This document shows, piece by piece, positions 57,548 through 64,000 of a stretch of 64,000 bases of DNA (within the stretch, counting starts at the first letter, position 1; the number at the start of each line of letters is the position of its first letter). Both the position numbers and the translations under genes were made by a program. The notes below the pieces were generated by a model. It was given only the letters and a program-made list of their open reading frames with translations, was not told the origin of the DNA and made no database searches. The DNA is taken from positions 32,001 to 96,000 of the forward strand of contig PXUB01000032.1 in the NCBI GenBank assembly GCA_003009755.1. Direction: 5' to 3'. Origin of the DNA: Thermoplasmatales archaeon SW_10_69_26. GTDB lineage: Archaea; Thermoplasmatota; SW-10-69-26.

Positions 57548-58676
57548 ACTGCCGGACAGAATGTGCGTAACTTATCGTGGCGTCCGATACTAACTCAAAT
57601 AGGGGTGGGATGCCCTGTCAGCCTTGACGCTGACCCCGACCAAAAGGAACAACGACGCCTCGCCGCAGGCCAAGATCTACTGGACGGCAAACGCCAAGCC
57701 GACATCGCCGAAGGCTACGGCGCCACCCGCACCACCGCCCACCGCTGGGCGCACACCGTCGGAACCGAAGGCCTCGACGGCCTGAAAAGCACACGCACCA
57801 ACGCCGGACGACCCCCGAAACTCGACGCCGAGAACAAACAACGCCTCGCCGAACTTCTCCAACGAGGCGCCCAAGCCCACGGCTGGGACACCGATCTGTG
57901 GACCCGCAAACGTGTGGCCCAGCTGATCGACCGGGCGTTCGACGTCGACTACTCTCCCCGACACTGCTCGCGGATTCTGCACGAGATCGGGTTCCGCCCG
58001 GTCAAACCCAAGCGCGTGGCCAACGAAAAGGACGAGGCCGAAAAACAGCGCTGGCTGGCCGAGGAGGCTGGAGAGCTGAAAAAAACCTAGCCGACGGTGC
58101 AACCGTCCTGTTCCCGGACGAGAGCACCTACCGCTTCACCCCCGTCCGCCAGCGCGGCTGGGCGCCCTACGGACAGCGACCGACCGTCGAGCACACCTAC
58201 GGGGACTGGTGGACGGTGAGCGCGATCAGCGCCTTGGCGATCTGGATCGAGCCCGATGGCTCGTTAGGCACGAAGGTCTTCTTCCGGTTGTACCCGAAGG
58301 AGAGCGTGAACAGTCGACACCTCCGGGATTTCCTGCACCAGGTTCGCTACCAGCGCGAGGGCGAGATCAGCGTGGTGTGGGATCGCGCCAGCCATCACCG
58401 CGCCCGGCGGGTGCAGCGGTTCTTCGCTTCCTACGAGCGGTTCAGCTCGGTGTTGTTGCCGGCATATTGTCCAGAGTTGAACTCGGACGAGGGGGTGTGG
58501 AATTGGTCGAAGACCAAGGATCTGGCCAACGCCTGTCCGAAGGATGTGGATGCCCTGGTGTCGGGGGTTCGAGGGCCCTTGCGTCGGCTCCAGCATCGAC
58601 CGAGTGCGCAGTGGTGGTGTGTGCACGACTCCGAGTTCCCGATCGAAGAGTTACTCACATAATGACCGGCAGTCTA
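57545..58676 (+). mobile_element. IS630-family insertion sequence
   Basis: TIRs TAGACTGCCGG(A/T)CA..ATGTG.GTAAC; TA duplication; two-ORF transposase. Confidence 0.92.
57563..58662 (+). CDS. IS630 transposase (OrfA wHTH 57563-58090 plus DDE OrfB via -1 frameshift at the A7 run 58079-58085)
   Basis: GRPPKL, WTRKRV; FPDES, WDRASHH, PAYCPELNSDEGVW; the A7C motif joins the frames. Confidence 0.85.
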
Positions 58677-60455
58677 ACCGCTTTCGGTGGCGACCGAGAG
58701 GTCGCGGTCGAGCATCGCCCCCCACACCCCCCGCGGTGTCCGGCTGCAATCCGTGCACGCGAGATCGGGATCCTCGTACCGGTCACCGGTCCCGTCCCCG
58801 TCGACCAGCAACCCGTTCTCGCCGTTCCAGTCACCGTGCATGCAGGGGTCATCGCAGGCGAGGTCCTCCCCCACGGCGGCCCGGTAGGCGTCCACGCCCC
58901 CGAGGTCCACCAGCGAGGACCCCCAGCCGGCGGTCGCTCCACCGTTGGTCCCCCAAACGCCCGGGTAGGTCTCGCAGCGGGCTTGGCACAGCGCGTGGAC
59001 GTCGACGCCGGCCTCGTAGACGTCATCGCCGCCGGCGTCCACCAGGCGTCCGACACCGAGGTGCCCTCCCCCGTTGGCCCCATGCCCTCCGGCGATGCTC
59101 AGGCATCGGCTGAGATGGGAGGCGTCGCCCAGACACTCGGTCGTGGCGTTCGTCCCGGCCTGGTACACGTCGTCGCCGTCCGAGGAGACGAGACTGCCCG
59201 AGCCGGAATAGCCGCCGCCGTTCACGCCTAGGCCTCCGGCCACCGCCGAGCACTTGGACCCCTCGCAGGTGACCGATGCGTTGACGCCGGCGAGGAACGC
59301 GTCCTCGCCCCCGCCGTCGATCAGCGAACCAACGCCGACGTGGGCGCCGCCGTTGACGCCTGCGCTGCCGGCGCGGGCCACACAGAACTCCGCCTCGCAC
59401 CGCTCCTCCGCCTCGTGCCCGGCGAGGTAGCGGTCGGTTCCCTCGCCTGCGTCGACGAGTAAGCCGATCCCGTTGTCCGCTCCGCCGTTGACGCCGCGTG
59501 CGTTCGCGTGGTAGGTGTCGTTGCCGGTGGCGTCCACGAGCACGCCCGTGCCCTCGAACCCGCCGCCGTTGACGCCACAGCACCGCGGATCGCTTGGCTG
59601 GCCGTACGTGTCGTCGCCGCCGAGGTCCACGACCGCCGCGGCGGGGAACGTTGCGCCGGTGCCGCCGGCGTTGTTCTCGTACTCGTCGTCGCCTCCGAAG
59701 CTCACGATGAGCGCGCAGTCGTTCGCAAACGTGCGGCTCTCGTCACTGGTGTCGAGGGCGACGGCAGGGCATGCGTCGACGGCCGGACGAGCCGCGGAGG
59801 TCGAAGATTCCGCTACCATGGCCAAGTTCTCCACCGCATTCAGGAAAGCGGACCGAGCGGCGAAGACGTCGGCGAGTTCGCCGCCCTCGACGTGGGGGAA
59901 GGGATCGAGGCCCCCGTCGAAACCAGGAACCGCCCCCGTCCCGGCAGCTGGTGAAAGGCGAGCAGGGGAGGCTTGGTCGTCGGTGAGCTTTTTGGCCACG
60001 CTGGTATCCGACACGGCCTCGAGCCGGAGGAACGTCGTGACGAGGTCGGCAAGCGCGTCCGCGAGACCCGGGGACCGTTGCTCGACGATCTGGGCGGCGA
60101 GGCGATCCCCGAGGTCGAGGATCGTCGCGTGGCGGTGGGTCAGGGATTCGAGGGCCGCGAACAAGGACGACGCCGAGCCCGTTGTCGGAGGTTCGTCCGA
60201 CGGGATGCCGAGATCCCCGCTCTGCTGACGAGCCACGGCCTCGGCCACGTCCAGCGATGCAACAGCTGGAATCTCATCTTCGGTATCCGACGCGCCCTCG
60301 TCCGCGATCCCGGCTCCGTGGGCGTCGCTCACCCTTTCCGGAACGAGGGTACCGGCCGCACTCGCCGCGGGAGCGAGGATCATCACAACAGCGAGGGCGA
60401 CCGAAACGCCCCTCAGCCGCCGAGCACGTTGGCCGAAAGAGAGGATATCCGTCAC
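58674..60455 (-). CDS. Secreted Gly/Asp-rich repeat protein with Cys-pair loops
   Basis: Signal peptide; six or more GxNGG..GxGxLVDxGGxDxY repeats. Confidence 0.8.
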   Translation of the reverse strand: MTDILSFGQRARRLRGVSVALAVVMILAPAASAAGTLVPERVSDAHGAGIADEGASDTEDEIPAVASLDVAEAVARQQSGDLGIPSDEPPTTGSASSLFAALESLTHRHATILDLGDRLAAQIVEQRSPGLADALADLVTTFLRLEAVSDTSVAKKLTDDQASPARLSPAAGTGAVPGFDGGLDPFPHVEGGELADVFAARSAFLNAVENLAMVAESSTSAARPAVDACPAVALDTSDESRTFANDCALIVSFGGDDEYENNAGGTGATFPAAAVVDLGGDDTYGQPSDPRCCGVNGGGFEGTGVLVDATGNDTYHANARGVNGGADNGIGLLVDAGEGTDRYLAGHEAEERCEAEFCVARAGSAGVNGGAHVGVGSLIDGGGEDAFLAGVNASVTCEGSKCSAVAGGLGVNGGGYSGSGSLVSSDGDDVYQAGTNATTECLGDASHLSRCLSIAGGHGANGGGHLGVGRLVDAGGDDVYEAGVDVHALCQARCETYPGVWGTNGGATAGWGSSLVDLGGVDAYRAAVGEDLACDDPCMHGDWNGENGLLVDGDGTGDRYEDPDLACTDCSRTPRGVWGAMLDRDLSVATESG

Positions 60456-60726
60456 GTCACCCAGCCTCGTTGCGGTGGTTGGGATGCAGCCCTTTCAAGG
60501 CTTCGTTGTCACAGCCCGAGGGGGAATCGCGTGCCGTCATCGAATGCGCTGGCGCACCCGCCATCCGGGCAGGGACGGTTCCGGGACGGCGTGTCCGCCG
60601 CCGACCAAGGCCGGGACAGCGGGGGCGATCATCAACAGGCCAACCAGGACGGCGCGGACCCTGACGAACATCGAGCAAGAAGGCTTAGCCGGACCCTATC
60701 AGGGTTCTCCGAGTGCGCCTAAACCG

Positions 60727-62094
60727 TCACTCTTCTCGTCCCTCGCCGCCGGGCACGTCCTCGGGCCCGATACCCAACAACCGCGGCAATGGATCGAACA
60801 GCGCCCGCTCAACCGTCGCCTGATCCACGGCCGCCTCCGAGGAACTACGCGTCCCGTTGTCCCGATGATCGTTGACCCCGTAGACACGGTACTCGTCATC
60901 CCCCGTGAGCTCGAAGCTCGTCCGCCAGGACGTCACACTCGGGTCCAGGTGCGCCACGGGTTGCCACGGGCTCGGGGCCTCGAACGTCGCGTTGGACCGG
61001 CGTTCGACCACGTACCCCGTCAACACCGAATACGAGGTGGGTTTGGGCGGATCCCACGTGACCTCCGTGCTGAACGCATCGCCCTCGCGAACCGGTTCGA
61101 CATCCAAATCTCGGGGCGCGTTCGGCTCCAACGAGTAATGCACGATCTCCGCCAAATCCCCCCGCTCGAACGCCTGGGACCCGCCAAGCAGGATCGCTTG
61201 CCGGCCGGTCCACACGGCGGTCGCCTGGTCACGACCCGTGGGCAACCGGCTATCCATGAACCGGATCTCCTCCTCCCCCGGATCGACCCGCAGGATCGAG
61301 GCCTTGCTCACCCCGTCGTTGATCCCCCCAAGCACGAACGCGTGATGCCCATCCCACACGGCGCTCGGGGCCCGCAACGAAACGTTGAGCTTCACGTCCT
61401 GCAACTGAAGGGTGTCTGTATCGGGGTCGAAGCGCCAGATATCATCGCACTCGCCCGGGCAGCCAGTCCCCCCGAACAGGTAGGCCTCCTCGCCCGTCCA
61501 CACCGACGCCATCCTTTCACGCGGACCGGGGAAGCTCTCCTCCAGCTTCGTTACCGTATCGTTCACCGGATCATAGCGCAAAATCTGGTCCAGGGGAGTG
61601 AACGCGTCCCGGCCACCGAAGATGTAGGCGCGATCGCCGGTCCAGACCGTCGTCGCATCTATCGGATCGTTCGGTAGCGTGGCGTTCATTTCCTCGACCG
61701 TGTCCGTGGACGGGTCATACCGGGTCACGGTGTCCGTCCAGAACACGTACGCACAACCCTCGGGACAGCCTGCCTCCGGCCGCGAGCGATCATCCCACAC
61801 CGCGGTCGCACTCGATCCCGTCCAGGGCAACCGGGCATCCATCACCGTCGCGTTGCCCGTATCCGGTTCGTAGCGAACGATCTCGTCACTGAAATCGCTG
61901 GACCCACCAGTCCGGTTCAAACCCCCGAACACGTACACCGCCTCTCCCGTCCACACGGACGACGGGTTCTTCAACCCCTGCGGCAACTCGGCTTCGACGC
62001 TGGCCGTGTCCGCGCTCGCCGACGGCGCGATGAGGGCGACCACGGCCACGGCAGCCAACAAACCGACGCCGCCAGCGATCCAGGCACCTCCCAT
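60727..62094 (-). CDS. Secreted Kelch beta-propeller protein with fibronectin type III domain
   Basis: Repeated VWTG..Y.FGG..I.RYDP; PNAPRDL..VTWDPP..GYVVER..YRVYGVN; start 62094 or 62112. Confidence 0.85.
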   Translation of the reverse strand: MGGAWIAGGVGLLAAVAVVALIAPSASADTASVEAELPQGLKNPSSVWTGEAVYVFGGLNRTGGSSDFSDEIVRYEPDTGNATVMDARLPWTGSSATAVWDDRSRPEAGCPEGCAYVFWTDTVTRYDPSTDTVEEMNATLPNDPIDATTVWTGDRAYIFGGRDAFTPLDQILRYDPVNDTVTKLEESFPGPRERMASVWTGEEAYLFGGTGCPGECDDIWRFDPDTDTLQLQDVKLNVSLRAPSAVWDGHHAFVLGGINDGVSKASILRVDPGEEEIRFMDSRLPTGRDQATAVWTGRQAILLGGSQAFERGDLAEIVHYSLEPNAPRDLDVEPVREGDAFSTEVTWDPPKPTSYSVLTGYVVERRSNATFEAPSPWQPVAHLDPSVTSWRTSFELTGDDEYRVYGVNDHRDNGTRSSSEAAVDQATVERALFDPLPRLLGIGPEDVPGGEGREE

Positions 62095-62256
62095 CGGTTC
62101 TCCCTCGAACATCGGCCAGGAGCCGCATAGACCCCCGCCTGTCACGTCCAATCGTAACACCGCCCTTGGCCAAAGGCATTCTCCAAGCGCGTGTGAACCG
62201 TCATCGAAGCCAAACCAAGCCCGAAGACAACTTATCACCAACTCAATTGGTCAATC

Positions 62257-63348
62257 GGGCTTGCACATAAACTCAGTTCTGACCTGACCGAGCGTCCCAT
62301 CAATCCAACAACCGAACGTTGTGCACGATCTCCCGCGCCAACACCGTGTTCCGCCGACTGGTCCGCAGCCGGCAGCGGAGACGATCGCCGAACAGCAGCT
62401 TGACCGTGGCAAACCGGGACTCCGCGGTCACCCGGCGACGGTACACGTCCTGAAACCGATTGGGGAAGTTGAGCGCGTATCGGGTCTTCTTCTCGAACGG
62501 ATCGGAAGGGAACCGCCACCAGCGAGCGTTGCTCTTCGGCTTGAAGTAGGGCTGCAACCCGGCGTCTTTGACGAGCTGGCAGTTGTCCCGGGTCCAATAC
62601 GCCTTGTCGCCCAACACGGCGTGGACGGCTGCTTCGTCAGGCACCTCGTCGATCAGCTCGGGCAGCTCTTGGCTGTCGTGCCGGTGCCCGGGCGTCAACG
62701 AGACAGCCAACGTGGCCCGGGTCTTGACGCCGTTGAGCACGTGCGTTTTGGCGTACTGGCGAGGCTCAGCGTCGTGTTCTCGCGCATGCCAGGCACCTTG
62801 TCCGGTGAGCACGAGACCCGAGGCATCCACGCTGGCGTTCTCTTCGAGGCTCCAGAAGGGCTGAGCGGTCTCCGCCAGCACTCGCTGAAGCGTGTTCGTG
62901 ATCCCCGTTCTTGGTTGTACTGGCACAGCGTGTTGAAATGGGGCACGTGCTCGATGTCCAGATGGGGCTTGAGCAGGTAAAGCAGGCCTTCGGTGCGGCG
63001 GAAGCTGAGATCGAAGTACGCCCGGACCAGCAAGCCCAAGATGACGGTGCGGCGCGGGATCCGGGGCCGGCCGGTGTTGTAGGACCAGTTGTGGATGCAG
63101 CTGGCATCCACGAGGTCTCGGAGACGGTGCACCACGCGCACCATCTCGCGGGCTTGCCACGTGTTGTATGTGCTCCAGTCGAAGCCGTTGTCGGTGGGTT
63201 CAAGCGTGTGCTGTTCTTCTGTTGTCACTCGGGCATCCATCCCAGCTCGATGGCTCTCGAGCGGGCTTCTCAGGGATGCCCCGTTTTGTCAACGGCAGTG
63301 GTTTGTATCGCGTCAGCTGGGCTCGTAGCCCACTTTATGTGCGAGCCC
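62257..63348 (-). mobile_element. IS5-family insertion sequence
   Basis: 15-bp TIR GGGCT(T/C)GCACATAAA at both ends; no target duplication visible. Confidence 0.8.
62300..63240 (-). pseudogene. IS5-family DDE transposase, frameshifted near 62905
   Basis: DWSTYN, GRPR, SFRRTEG, PHFNTL in one frame; VDASG, HDS, GDKAY, YRRRVTAESRFATVK in another. Confidence 0.82.
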
Positions 63349-63365
63349 CGGCCGAAGGCTGAGTT

Positions 63366-63995
63366 TCAGGGATCGAACCCGACGGTGTAGCCCTTCTGTT
63401 CCAAGATCTCCATCGCTTCGCTGGCGAGTTCTCGAGCCTCTTGCTCGTTTGGGACACCGTCGGCAAGCTGGGCATCCCATTCTTCTTGGACGCGCTCCCA
63501 GGAGATCAGGCCTTGGTCGAGAAGCGTCTGGAGATCCTCGATGTCGCGGTCGGGGGTATCCCGCCAGCGGCCGGTCACGCTCTTGAGCAAGAACACGGCG
63601 TTGGCTGGGGCTAGCTCGACGGTCAGGTTGCCCTCGGTGAACCACTCGTCTGTTGCCTCCGCCATGCGCTGGGAGAACTGCAGGCAACCGAAGATCCGTC
63701 CGGGCGGGAACAGATCCATGCTCATCACGTTCTCGCGCTCGCAGTAGATCCACATGTCGAAGGAATCGGTTAGCGGGATCTCCTCGGCCGGCTGGTAACC
63801 CACCCGACCTAGCTCTTCGATGAGGGTGTGGATGGCCCGGTCGTGGTCGACGACGGCGTCCACGTCCTTGGTGGTGTCCTTGATGCCGCGGGCACTCATG
63901 CAGCAGCCGCCGAAGAGGATGAACCGCGTCGGTGCCTGGATGACCTCGCCGATCCGTTCGAGCTCGGTGCGGATCGTGGCGCGGTCAACGGGCAA
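63366..63995 (-). CDS. DUF6036-like nucleotidyltransferase (possible toxin); 5' end may lie outside the window
   Basis: LFGGCCMS..KDTTKDVD, MDLF, LLKSVTGR..DRDIED. Confidence 0.75.
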   Translation of the reverse strand: MPVDRATIRTELERIGEVIQAPTRFILFGGCCMSARGIKDTTKDVDAVVDHDRAIHTLIEELGRVGYQPAEEIPLTDSFDMWIYCERENVMSMDLFPPGRIFGCLQFSQRMAEATDEWFTEGNLTVELAPANAVFLLKSVTGRWRDTPDRDIEDLQTLLDQGLISWERVQEEWDAQLADGVPNEQEARELASEAMEILEQKGYTVGFDP

Positions 63996-64000
63996 GGCTG

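Overview
High-GC archaeal chromosome segment with a strongly acidic (salt-in type) proteome. The archaeal core is clear (rpoE'/Rpo7, spt4, DUF359, rps24e, rps27ae, Lhr, Hef-type helicase, archaeal Lon-like protease). Lineage is inferred, not proven: a halophilic non-Halobacteria archaeon, possibly Thermoplasmatota. Main blocks: (1) a 1.7-15.6 kb carbohydrate/stress island (pncB, class II aldolase, pfkB, type I gap, fused pgk, HAD-OtsB plus GH65, wHTH, CBS, USPs, ACT) whose content parallels the mycobacterial DosR dormancy regulon and whose promoters share a TCCC(A/G)-N4-TGGGA palindrome; (2) housekeeping and accessory genes, including tandem cyclophilins, a volactin-like actin and a CaCA antiporter; (3) a tRNA-Arg(TCG) embedded in tandem, hairpin-rich copies of its own 5' and 3' fragments; (4) a membrane pyrophosphatase at the head of the rpoE' operon; (5) thiolase with a DUF35 partner, and a purN-folC-folP-folB operon; (6) mobile DNA: IS1595 with an 8-bp TSD, IS630 with a frameshift, an IS630-ended MITE and an IS-end relic, an IS5-family element, and a dispersed structured non-coding repeat. 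All family calls come from motifs recognised by eye; no database searches were run.
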